Below the pieces are notes generated by a model, which saw nothing but the letters and a program-made list of their open reading frames with translations, was not told the DNA's origin and did not search any database. From an uncultured Nitrospinota bacterium (GTDB lineage: Bacteria > Tectomicrobia > Entotheonellia > J063 > CAVPRW01), in contig CAVPRW010000042.1 in assembly GCA_963707985.1 (NCBI GenBank), positions 192,001-256,000 on the forward strand: DNA of 64,000 nucleotides. The letters are read 5' to 3'. Shown here piece by piece: positions 18,834 through 28,686 of this stretch (the stretch's first letter is position 1; each line of letters starts with the position of its first letter). Position numbers and translations under genes: made by a program.

Positions 18834-21704
18834 CTATTTCCTCAACCCCACTCTCATGACCCGCAATATTTTCTCAGACGTTACAGGCATATCAATATGC
18901 TTAATGCCAAAATCAGCTAAGGCGTCGCAGATGGCATTGACAATGGCCGGGGCGACCGCAGGATTGCTTACATCGCCTGCCCCTTTTGCCCCGAGCGGGT
19001 TATGAGGTGTGGGAGTAACAGTGCGATCGAGCTCAAAGTTGGGCATTTGCGTCGCCCTTGGCATAGCATATGTCAAAAAGCCGTCCGTCAGAAGTTGTCC
19101 ATTGCTGTCATACACAGCCTGTTCCAGCAGCGCCTGACCGATGCCAAGCGCGATATTCCCGTGCATCTGACCCTCCACCACCATGGGATTACCAACATTG
19201 CCATAATCGTCTACCGCCACATAGCGTATGACCTCGAGGTGACCTGTTCCCTCGTCTATCTCGACCAAGGCAATATGTGTCCCAAAGGGAAAGTTGAAAT
19301 CTGGCGGATCAAAGTACGTAATGACTTCCAAGCACGGCTCCATGCCCTTTGGTAAATCCCACGCTAACCAGAGGGCCATGGCGATTTCCCGGAACATCTT
19401 CGCTCGCTCTGGCGCCCCTTTGGGATAAAGTCTGCCATTCTCATAGACGATGTCTTCCACCGGCACCTGCAGTATGTGGGCGGCAACGCGGCAGGCTTTC
19501 TCTTTGATTTGCTGGGCAGCTTTGTACACGACGGCCCCTTCGACGCTGAAGGAACGACTGCCATAACTCCCCTGGCCATAGGGCGTTCCTTCGGTATCGG
19601 AGTGCAAGATCTTTATCTGGTTGATATCAATGCCAAGCCCTTCAGCGGCGATTTGCGCGAATGTTGTTTCGTGGGATTGGCCATGCGGCTGTGCCCCAGT
19701 CGTGATGCTGACTTCGCCGGTGGGGTGAACGATGAAGTGGACACTGGCCCATGTGCTACCAATCAGCCCTTCCCGACCCATCCGCGCTGATGGCCCAACG
19801 CCCGCTACGGCGACATAGGAACCGATACCGACCCCGAGACGTTTGCCACGCTGCCGAGCCTCGATCTTGCGAGCTTCGACGTGGTCGTAATCAATCATGG
19901 CCAGAGCTTTACTGAGTGCCGCCTCATAGTTGCCAGAATCGTAAGTCCACCCTAAACCGTTCTCGTAAGGAAACTGGTTCGGCGCGACCATATTTTTGCG
20001 TCGAACCTCGGCCGGGTCCATGCCGACCTCTCGGGCGAAGATGTCGACCATACGCTCGATCAAGAAGATGGCCTCGGCGCGCCCTGCACCACGCAGGGGA
20101 CCCACCGGCACGGTATTCGTGTAGACGGTATAGACTTCGTAGAAGGGATGCGGGATCGCATAAGCCCCCGTGATACTGCGACCGATCAAGACCAAGGGTG
20201 CACCTGGGCCGTTGGTGGCGGGGTAAGCACCGAGATTACTGTAGCCCGTGCAGTACAGCGCAGTAATCTTGCCATCCTTTGTCCCCGCCAGCGTCACATC
20301 CTGTATCTGATCACGCCCTTGCACCGTGGAACGCGCCAGGCCCCATCGCGTGTCCACCCACTTCACCGGACGCCCCACCTCTTTCGCCACGAAGAGCACC
20401 AGCGGTTCACTGGGGTACACATAGCCTTTCGAACCGTACCCTCCCCCGATGTGCGGCACAATAACGCGCAACTTGTTGTACGGAATGCCCAAAATGAACT
20501 GAGAGATCAGAAAGCGATTTGCATGAGGAATTTGGGTATTCGTCCAGAGGGTGTATTGGCCAGTCTCAGCATCGTAATGGCCGATGCTGCCGCGAGGTTC
20601 TAGGGCATTGTGAACCATTCGCTGGTTGCATATGCGCTGTTTGATGACTACCTCGGCATTCGCGATGGCCTGCTCAGTCGCTGCTTTGTCCCCGTGACTC
20701 AGGTGAGTATTGAGGTTGTTGGGTATTGTCTCATGGAGCTGAGGAGCGCCGCCCTTGAGCGCATCCTCAGCGGTCACCACAACCGACAGTGGCTCGTACT
20801 CCACCTTGATAACTGGCAGGGCAGCGTACGCCTGTTGACGGGTCTCAGCCACCACAACTGCCACCTGGTCACCGATGTAGCGCACCCGATCTTTAGCCAG
20901 CACGGTCTGTGCTCCGGGCAGTATTCCGGAAGGGTGGGGTGGGAAGTGGCTTTCCACTCCAACAGGGACCCAAACGCAGGGCATGGGCATCAGGTGTTCG
21001 GTATCGGCTCCTGTGAATACACGCACGACACCCGGCATGGCTGCAGCCGCGCTGGTATCAATGCTTTTGATGCGGGCGTGAGCCTGGGTACTGTGCAAAA
21101 TCGCCATATGCAGCATGTTGGGCAGCGTCAGATCGGCGATGTACTTCGCTTCCCCACGGAGGAATCCGGGGTCTTCACGTCGCTTGAGAGGGGCGCCCAA
21201 GATTTTTTGGGGACCCTCCTCGGGCTGTTCAAGGCCTCCTTCCCCGCTCATCTTTTGTATCGCATGCTGTACGGCGCGAACGACATTATGGTAGCCGGTG
21301 GAACGCGACAGAGTGCCGTCCAGCCACGACCGAATCTCAGCCTCGTCAGGAGTGGGATGATGTTGCAGGAGATCGGTGATCGACATGATCATACCAGGAG
21401 TGGAAAAGCCAGTTTGGACGGCATGTTTGTCCTGGAATGCTTGCTGCAGCAGGTTCAGTTGGCCGTTCTGAGATACGCCCTCAATAGTGACCACCTCGCC
21501 GCCATCGGCCTGAACCGCTAGCACTGTGCAACTTTTCACCGATCTGCCGTTGAGCAGAGTGATACAGGTGCCGCACTGGCTCGTATCGCAGCCGATTTTC
21601 GTGCCCGTCAGACCTAACGTGTCGCGCAGAAAATCCGCCAGCAGCATCCACGGTTCAACGTCGACGCTGTGCCGTTTGCCGTTAACTATCAGCGAAACAT
21701 ACAT
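18834..21704 (-). CDS. Fused [2Fe-2S] small subunit + molybdopterin large subunit (CoxS-CoxL/xanthine oxidase family), atypical
   Basis: Start at ATG 21704 after SD GGAGGTG (956 aa); GCDTSQCGTC...KSC; KRREDP..L.G.A.Y..D; GGGYGSK; PLRGAGR loop; GAKGAGD. Confidence 0.93.
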   Translation of the reverse strand: MYVSLIVNGKRHSVDVEPWMLLADFLRDTLGLTGTKIGCDTSQCGTCITLLNGRSVKSCTVLAVQADGGEVVTIEGVSQNGQLNLLQQAFQDKHAVQTGFSTPGMIMSITDLLQHHPTPDEAEIRSWLDGTLSRSTGYHNVVRAVQHAIQKMSGEGGLEQPEEGPQKILGAPLKRREDPGFLRGEAKYIADLTLPNMLHMAILHSTQAHARIKSIDTSAAAAMPGVVRVFTGADTEHLMPMPCVWVPVGVESHFPPHPSGILPGAQTVLAKDRVRYIGDQVAVVVAETRQQAYAALPVIKVEYEPLSVVVTAEDALKGGAPQLHETIPNNLNTHLSHGDKAATEQAIANAEVVIKQRICNQRMVHNALEPRGSIGHYDAETGQYTLWTNTQIPHANRFLISQFILGIPYNKLRVIVPHIGGGYGSKGYVYPSEPLVLFVAKEVGRPVKWVDTRWGLARSTVQGRDQIQDVTLAGTKDGKITALYCTGYSNLGAYPATNGPGAPLVLIGRSITGAYAIPHPFYEVYTVYTNTVPVGPLRGAGRAEAIFLIERMVDIFAREVGMDPAEVRRKNMVAPNQFPYENGLGWTYDSGNYEAALSKALAMIDYDHVEARKIEARQRGKRLGVGIGSYVAVAGVGPSARMGREGLIGSTWASVHFIVHPTGEVSITTGAQPHGQSHETTFAQIAAEGLGIDINQIKILHSDTEGTPYGQGSYGSRSFSVEGAVVYKAAQQIKEKACRVAAHILQVPVEDIVYENGRLYPKGAPERAKMFREIAMALWLAWDLPKGMEPCLEVITYFDPPDFNFPFGTHIALVEIDEGTGHLEVIRYVAVDDYGNVGNPMVVEGQMHGNIALGIGQALLEQAVYDSNGQLLTDGFLTYAMPRATQMPNFELDRTVTPTPHNPLGAKGAGDVSNPAVAPAIVNAICDALADFGIKHIDMPVTSEKILRVMRVGLRK

Positions 21705-21835
21705 GGAGGCCACCTCCACCGTCAAAGGCTTGCTCGCGTCACAACTGGAATCCAGACACAATTCTGAAGGGCGGCAGGTCTCCCATCCCTCCATGGCAGT
21801 GAGCGTGTGTTCGGCACCGCTATTTCCGAACGACT

Positions 21836-22282
21836 CTATAAGCGTGCGAAACCGGGTGCATACTTGAACGGTTCCGCTGTGGCGTTGTAGGTCACGATCT
21901 CCAAGCCGTAGCCGTTTTTGGAGGAGCGCCTGATCGTCCATTGCTGCGTGGCATCCATCGCCGTTCGCTTGCTTTTCGCGGCCGGTGGCTCGAACCAACT
22001 GGCCTGCCAGCCGACGACTACACGAACTTCGGCCCCATCGCTGGAGATGGTTGCTTCCACGCTTTGAACATTGTGATTCTCGTCAAAGAAGAGGTTAGTG
22101 ACACGATCATACCACTTTTTGAAGCTGTTAAAGTCCCGGATGTCGCCGTCTGGAAATTGTATATTCAGTCCTTCGTCTGTCAAAAATTTATAGCACTCTT
22201 CAACCGGGACGTGTTGATCCAGTGCGAGGTACCAGGCAGCAGCGAATTTCTTGATGTCGTCCAGAGTGATAGAGGTGTTCAT
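21836..22282 (-). CDS. SnoaL/NTF2-like protein
   Basis: 148 aa from ATG 22282 after AGGAG; WY.ALD.H...F..WY..V...FFDE.H...VVVGWQAS.W. Confidence 0.75.
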   Translation of the reverse strand: MNTSITLDDIKKFAAAWYLALDQHVPVEECYKFLTDEGLNIQFPDGDIRDFNSFKKWYDRVTNLFFDENHNVQSVEATISSDGAEVRVVVGWQASWFEPPAAKSKRTAMDATQQWTIRRSSKNGYGLEIVTYNATAEPFKYAPGFARL

Positions 22283-22386
22283 GGTCGATCTCCTATGGGG
22301 AGGTGACGGTTGCCTGCAGTCGATGCCGAGAGGCTCGGGATGACCAGCATTATTGGCACTGCTCCCATAACGCGACGCGGTCAGGA

Positions 22387-23214
22387 TTACCATCCGTACC
22401 GTGTAAGACCTTTCTCCAGGACTTCGACCATCTTTTGCCCGGTGAGATAAGAATCTGGTGTGGATCGGCCCGTGATGAATGGATGGTCCACAATGACGGA
22501 TGTTTCATGGCCGAAATTGCCGATGTAACCACCATCGGGACCAGTCGCGTCGCGCAGGATGTACTCCAATGGATAGGGGGGCGGACCCATATTGAAATCA
22601 ACTCCCAAGAATCCCGTGCCGTCCTTATAGTCATACTCCTTACAGTGGCCGGTGACATGCTTACCCCAGATAATGCTCTTGCGGTTCTCCCAGTCGCGCG
22701 CGAAGGCGAGGCAAGTCACACCATAGCATTCGGCGCCTATCGGCTTGCCGTTGGCGAGAAAGGTGAGGATGATGTCGTGGACCCTCTCATTATTCGCGAG
22801 GTCAGCGATCGGACCGCTGCCGCCCACGATCAAGAGCGCGTCGTACTCTGCCAACCAGCCTCGCCCCGCCGCATCGACCGCCTTGTGGTAGTCCTCCAAC
22901 TCGCGTATTAAGTTATGCGAGCTGAAGTAAGGCCGTTCAGGCATCAATTTAGCGAGATTGAGCGGATTGTCCAGCCGTGGGGATTTATCGATGGCACGAA
23001 CCTTTTCGGCCATCTCAGAGGACGTGACCGATCGGCCTAGAGGCGGATCAATGTATGCGGGGTCCATGCTCGGGGGAAGCGCACGCGGTCTTCTTCCCCT
23101 GGGGGTGGCGAACTGCACCGCATATCCAGCTGCGTCAAAGGTCTCAAGGGGGCCCATCAATTCCTCGCCCCAGAAGCCATACTCCGATAAGATGATGAGT
23201 ACTTTCTTCGACAT
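22387..23214 (-). CDS. DJ-1/PfpI (ThiJ-like) family protein
   Basis: SEYGFWGEEL, FATP.G, YDALLIVGG.G, AECYG nucleophile elbow, ITGRS. Confidence 0.9.
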   Translation of the reverse strand: MSKKVLIILSEYGFWGEELMGPLETFDAAGYAVQFATPRGRRPRALPPSMDPAYIDPPLGRSVTSSEMAEKVRAIDKSPRLDNPLNLAKLMPERPYFSSHNLIRELEDYHKAVDAAGRGWLAEYDALLIVGGSGPIADLANNERVHDIILTFLANGKPIGAECYGVTCLAFARDWENRKSIIWGKHVTGHCKEYDYKDGTGFLGVDFNMGPPPYPLEYILRDATGPDGGYIGNFGHETSVIVDHPFITGRSTPDSYLTGQKMVEVLEKGLTRYGW

Positions 23215-23434
23215 GAGCTTACCGCTCCTTTCTCTCCAGCCGTTTCATTCCCTGGAAACGAGAACGACCACAGTATGGTTTTTAAGATGATAGACCTTAT
23301 CACAACCCATCATCTCTTCGCTAGGCTCGATACTTCCCAGGGAAGAAGATCAATCGGTCTCAGTTGCCCTCTGCCATTGCCTATCATTAACCGGGGGTCC
23401 ACGAACTGGAGGGCCCTCATCTCGATATTCGGCC

Positions 23435-23698
23435 TCAGGTGAACAACCGTTTCCTCTTATCATTGAGCTGGTAATAGGGTGGCACCCCGGGCCGGCGTGT
23501 TTCGCGCAGGAAGCCTTTAGAGATCAAAAAGGCCACAGCTCCCTCGACTCCCTCGCGTGAGGGCTCGCTCAGCTCCGGCCGGAGCCACCATTGGGCGATG
23601 CCGTCGAGGGTATCCTTAGCTGCTGGATGTTGTTCCAGGTAGCGCAGGATCTGCCGCGCGATATCGTGTTCTGCGGCTGCCTCAGGCTCTTCGTTCAC
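23435..23698 (-). CDS. Small winged-helix-like hypothetical protein
   Basis: 87 aa; ILRYLEQHPAAKDTLDGIAQWW...VE.AV..L..KG.L; first ORF downstream of the sigma54 promoter. Confidence 0.7.
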   Translation of the reverse strand: MNEEPEAAAEHDIARQILRYLEQHPAAKDTLDGIAQWWLRPELSEPSREGVEGAVAFLISKGFLRETRRPGVPPYYQLNDKRKRLFT

Positions 23699-23741
23699 AG
23701 GGCTCTACCATTGTTTTAGGCTGCGTACGGCTATGATAAGG

Positions 23742-23757
23742 AGCAAGAGCGATGCCA
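23742..23757 (-). promoter_or_regulatory. sigma54 -24/-12 promoter
   Basis: Minus strand reads TGGCATCGCTCTTGCT (consensus TGGCAC-N5-TTGCW); lies between a bEBP gene and the minus-strand cluster. Confidence 0.75.
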
Positions 23758-24040
23758 TGGATGCAACTGCAGAGAACCGGTTGATTTCGCATGTCACCCA
23801 GCAGCAGACGCCCCAAAGCGTTCCCCGCAGGTGGGCTATTCTGAGCCCAGTGAGCTGGGTCGCCGCCGATCGAAAGAGCAGCCCCAGACGGGGTCAGGCT
23901 GGTGCGTCATGCATGACCCACAACTGGGCTCAGATTGACTCAGTTGTCCAGAGCATACGGCGAGCGATCATTCGTAAGGGTTGGGACGAGGCAGGGATCT
24001 CCACCCAGATCGGCAGGAAGGCGATTAGTCCTAGGTACGA

Positions 24041-25411
24041 TCAACGCTTCGGAATCTGGTACTTTTTGATCAAGCGCCCAAGGGCGCGCCGCCCCATCTT
24101 CGCGACCCGCGCGGCATGCGTCACATTGCCTTGATATGCCTGCAGCAGCTTGTGATATAGACCTGTTCAAACTGTGCAATGACCTGGGCTTTGGCCTCTC
24201 GAAAGGAGCTGCCGCTGGATGTACCCGGTGCGTCTAGAGGAGGAATCGTCAAGATCCTCCGGTTCGAGAGTCTGGGCGTTGGTCAAAACGACGGCTCGCT
24301 TGACGACATTCTCCAACTCCCGAACATTCCCTGGCCAGGCGTAGCGGCATAAGGTCGCCATAGCGCGCGGCGACCACTGCCGCGGCCCCTGTCCATACTG
24401 CTCCACATACCGCGCCAAAAAATGGCCCGCGAGCCGTGGGATATCGGCTGGTCGCTCCCGCAAAGCTGGCAAGGTGAGGTGTATGACGGCCATCCGATAG
24501 AAGAGGTCCGCCCGGAAAGTCCCCTCCTGGACTTTGCATAGTAGCTGTGCATTCGTGGACGCCATGATCCGGATATCGGCCCGCCGTAGCCGGGGAGAGC
24601 CGAGGGCATGGTAGTTCCGATCCTGCAGGAAGCGGAGGAGTTTGGCTTGAACGCTCAGGCTGAGCGTCTCGATTTCGTCGAGCAGGATAGTCCCCCCCTC
24701 CGCCTCCGCAACCAGCCCGGGCTGGTTGGCCCAGGCACTGGTAAAGGCCCCCTTCGTATGCCCGAACAGCTCGCGCTCGAACAGCTCCTCTGGGATAGCC
24801 CCGCAGTTGACCGGCAGAAACGGTTTCCCTGTCCGGCAACTGAGATAGTGCAGCGCTCGTGCACACAGCTCTTTACCCGTCCCAGTTTCACCGGTAAGGA
24901 GCACGGGGCCTCGGAACGCGCCACGAGGGGGAGCTTTCGCTTCAGCCCCAGGAAGGCGTGATCCTCACCGATTAATTGTGCCAGCCCAACCGGTTCTGTT
25001 TCGGACTCTTCGACCCTGGTATGTTCCTGTTTCCTGCTCCAGGACAGAAGTCGACTGATCCGGGCGAGTACTTCAGCCTCGCGGAGGGGCGCGATGAGAA
25101 AGTCTTGCGTCCAGAAGTAAAAGCCCGTTGAGCATCTCGTTCAGGCTCGCTGACCTCATGATCGGTAACAGAGGTGTGTCAGGCTCCTTCGCCCGCAACG
25201 TCGCCAGGAGGTCGGCTGTCCTCTCCTTGGAGGCAGGAAGGACCGGGATGATCAGGTCAGGCAGGGTCTCAACGATCTCATTCACATCGGGAAGTTCTGT
25301 CGCGATGAGGTCCACTTGGTAGTCGCTCTCCCGTTGGAGGATCGCCCGGACCTTGGCCCCAAGATGTTGTCCCTGTTGATCATCGATGATAATGATCCTC
25401 GGCTGCTCCAT
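24041..25411 (-). pseudogene. sigma54-dependent activator (atypical REC-AAA+-Fis HTH), about 4 frameshifts
   Basis: GETGTGKE, ELFGH..GAFTSA, LLDEIE, WPGNVRELEN, GNVTHAARVA HTH; pieces in different frames (shifts near 25120, 24905, 24245, 24150). Confidence 0.88.
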
Positions 25412-25559
25412 AACCCACCTCCATCACCACAGCGTTCCCATCGATCGCGCCTAGCACTAACCTGCAGAAAAGCTTCTGGAGCCCCAACCACCGCTGTTTC
25501 AGCCTAACATGGGTGTCAATGATGCTCTTGGTGTCGGGGCCGTGGAGTCAGCGCGGCTG

Positions 25560-25810
25560 GGCATTACCCTGTTTGACTGGGTGCTGCTGGACAGCAAAAC
25601 CGCGCGGACAGTGACGACACAAGGCCAGCGTGGATGGGGTGCGGCGGATGGTGCAGCAGGTACACCACTGGCTGCCGGGGCGGCGGCTGGTGTTGGTCGT
25701 GGCTGGTGGCTTTGTCGCGGTAATACTGGCGCTGGCGTGTGTCCACAATCGTGTGCTGCTAGTCTCGCGCCGGCGCTGGGAGGCGGCCCTGGATCACCCA
25801 CCACGGCCGC
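25560..25810 (+). mobile_element. IS701-like transposase fragment
   Basis: VRRMVQQVHHWLPGRRLVLVVAGGF.AV.LALAC...VSR.RWEAAL.HPP. Confidence 0.68.
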
Positions 25811-26047
25811 CCATTGGCAGCCTGATAGGCCAAAGTAGAGGCAAATATATTAGCCACAGCAGAATTGTCAAGACAATTTTCACAGACTGTTACAGAACAT
25901 TCAAAAGTGAACATTGGGGGACTGCAAAAGCGGACGTCGCTCCAGGGCCCCGCAAAACCGTTACCATGCCTCCCCCAAGGAGGCGCATAGGCATTCTCAT
26001 TACAATGTCTCAGCGCTTTCTGAAAATTTGACGAAGTATCGGTCTTT

Positions 26048-26545
26048 ATGGTACAAGAACCGACGTTTCTGTCGGACGGAGGCACCCCTGTGGTGCGGTC
26101 GCTGGAACGGCTCACATGGTTACTGTGGCATGGCAATGTGTATCATGCATTGCAAGCTGTCCAATTGGTGGAGATGGACCTCAACGAGGCAGTGCCCGAC
26201 ACTGGTGGTGGCACGGCACGGAAACTCCGCAAGACTGTGGAGGCATTCCACACGTACATTGAGCGGAATCGCACGTTCATCCACAATGATGGCGAGCGCT
26301 ACCGCTATCGTGCGCGGATTGGCGCGGGCTTTGTCGAGTCGACGGTAAACCAGGTGGTGAGCAAACGCTTCTGCACACGCCAACACATGCAGTGGACCCG
26401 ACGCGGGGCGTACCTCCTGTTACAATCCCGGGTGAAAACGTTGAACCAGGAACTTAGCGCCATGTTCCGACGCTGGTATCCGGATCTGCATCTGGAGGAG
26501 GAGCCGCAGGCCCCCTGATCCCTTTGTTCTGGTTGTTCTCCCCGC
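26048..26545 (+). mobile_element. ISKra4-family transposase C-terminal remnant
   Basis: LERL.WLLWHGN...FHTYIERN...GERYRY...GFVESTVNQVVSKRF...QMQWT.RGA.LLLQ.RVKTLN. Confidence 0.85.
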
Positions 26546-26602
26546 TGGCCAGCAATACTTGGATCGCACTATGTTAGACATCAAACGCAAAGGAAGCTCA
26601 CC

Positions 26603-28339
26603 ATGCAAACGATTTCAAGACGTGATTTTCTCCGTAGGAGTGTAGCGGGTGCTGTCGGCCTGGGGGTTATGGGTTTACCCCTGAAGAGTTCGGCCAGCGA
26701 CACACTTATTGTGCCGGCTGTGGTGATTGGCAGTGGTTTTGGCGGAGCCGTGGCCGCCCTCCGCTTGGCTCAAGCGGGGGTTAGAACCGTCGTGCTCGAG
26801 CGCGGGCGCCGGTGGCCCATCCGCAATGACGGCAATACCTTTGCAACGTTTGAGAAACCCGATGGCCGATGCTCCTGGCTCAGCGACACCACACCCATTG
26901 CTTTTGTCGAGAGCGCATTTGGTCTGACACCGGCCACTTTCCGACGACCGTATACAGGGCTGGTGGAAACCATCCAAGGCAAACGGCATCACCATTCTGC
27001 AGGGGGCTGGCGTCGGAGGCGGCTCGTTGCATTACAATGCGATTCTTGTGGCGCCACACCGGAATGTTTTCGAACAAATTTTCCCCAGCGAAATCGACTT
27101 CGATGAGATGGAAGCGATATACTATCCCAAGGTCTTGTCTGTCATCGGGGCATCCACGAATTCCGGACGACATTTTGGCTACTGACTTCTATCAATCAAC
27201 ACGGGTCAACCTCCAGCAAGCCCAGGCGGCCGGGTTTAATACACGCAAAGTGGACATGGGCATCGACTGGCACGTGGTTCGTAAAGAAATCCACGGCACC
27301 AAAAGGCCTTCGACCATCGCTGGTCAGTCGTGGTACGGCCTCAATAGTGGAGCGAAACAGAGTGTCGACCACAACTATCTAGCGATGGCGGAAGCGAGGA
27401 GATCAGTGAGGATTTTCCCGCTGCACAATGTCGTGAGTATTGAGGAGATTTTTATTGGTAAAAGTGTCTTCTACCGTGTCTCAGCCGACGAGATCACTGA
27501 TCAAGGACAGTTTCTGCGGCGTCGCAAGTTTATCTGCCAACACCTCTTTTTAGCCGCGGGTTCGTTAGGCACGACCAAACTGTTGCTGAAGGCGAAAGCC
27601 GCCGGCGGCCTCTCTAACCTAAGCGACCAGGTTGGCCAGAACTGGGCCGGTAACGGGGATTATGTGGTCGTCCGCGTTGGATTACCACCCAACAATGCCG
27701 GGACGGGAGGGCCATGCGGTCACTTCATCATGGAAGACTATCTGCCGCAAAACGTCGATTTGAGTAACCCGCAGGTTCCGCCCCCAAACGGTCTGATCGA
27801 ATTGGTAACCCCACCGCATCTCGCGAAGCAGATCAACGAGGTTCTACGTCTGGGAGATTCGTCCACCTATGTTGGCATGGGGATTCATCCGGCTATCGGC
27901 TCGATGTCGTATGATCCAATCACTGATGAACTTACCGTGAACTTCCCACTTGACGATGACGCTTTCAAACCCTTTCTCACATCGGCCGCAAATCCATGCT
28001 CACGACCCTTGACGCGAGCAACCGGGATCCCGTTCCATCAGATGACTCCCACCTTTCACGCTTGTGAATAATCCGACTTCGACGGCCCATCCATTGGGAG
28101 GAGCCGTCGTTGGAGAGGTGTGCGATCAATTCGGGCGGGTTATCGGCCACCCAGGCCTGTATGTGGTCGATGGGGCGTTTATTCCTGGCTTTGCTGGGTG
28201 TGTCAATCCAGCCCTGACCATCGCTGCTCTAGCCGAACGTAGTGTGGAGCATATCATCGCCCGTGATATTATGGGATCACGCCGAGACCGTGATTTTGAG
28301 GGATCACACGGAGACCGTGATTTTGTGAGATCACACTGA
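26603..28339 (+). pseudogene. Tat-exported GMC oxidoreductase, cholesterol-oxidase-like, with at least 3 frameshifts
   Basis: SRRDFL Tat motif; VIGSGFGGAVAALRL..LERG; GAGVGGGSL; LAAGSLGTT; TAHPLGG; GLYVVDG; NPALTIAALAER. Confidence 0.87.
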
Positions 28340-28341
28340 GA
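28261..28341. repeat. 3x27-bp tandem repeat, each unit containing a GTGAT-N8-ATCAC palindrome
   Basis: ccgtgatattatgggatcacgccgaga / ccgtgattttgagggatcacacggaga / ccgtgattttgtgagatcacactgaga. Confidence 0.88.
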
Positions 28342-28686
28342 TTCTATAGCTCAGGCCCTGAAGTGACCGTAAGTTTTTGAAGTTAAAAGGCATATGTGAA
28401 AATCACGCCACATGCAGTGCCGAAAACCGCCCAAGCCGGGGCGGGGTATTGACCTCCCCAAGCCCGACGGACGGCAAAGCTCCATGGGAGGGCCGAGGGT
28501 GCAAGTGCGCGTCGTCCTGCAACCGTGTCAGCCCGGGAGCGAGCCACTCTACGCAGCCAAGACACTCCCAGCGGACGGGTGGATGTGAGGTGGCATGGCC
28601 ATCATGGGTCTAGGCGCATGTCAGTGACCGGTTCACCCGCCGCTGCACTGGGGTCGTTCAGCAGAGCACTGAAAGGAGAGTCAGGT

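Noticed and set aside
20610..21521. Long antisense ORFs (also 30284..31153, 43120..43776, 46785..47606)
   Set aside because: Shadow ORFs opposite well-supported genes in GC-rich DNA, with no recognisable motifs.
18834..21998. Aerobic CO dehydrogenase (coxL/coxS) call and the 1054-aa length
   Set aside because: Lacks the AYxCSFR Cu-binding loop; the extension beyond 21704 overlaps the SnoaL gene, and a strong SD precedes ATG 21704.
28261..28341. Mini-CRISPR array or CRP sites
   Set aside because: Units are directly adjacent with no unique spacers, no cas genes are present, and the palindrome spacing is not CRP's N6.
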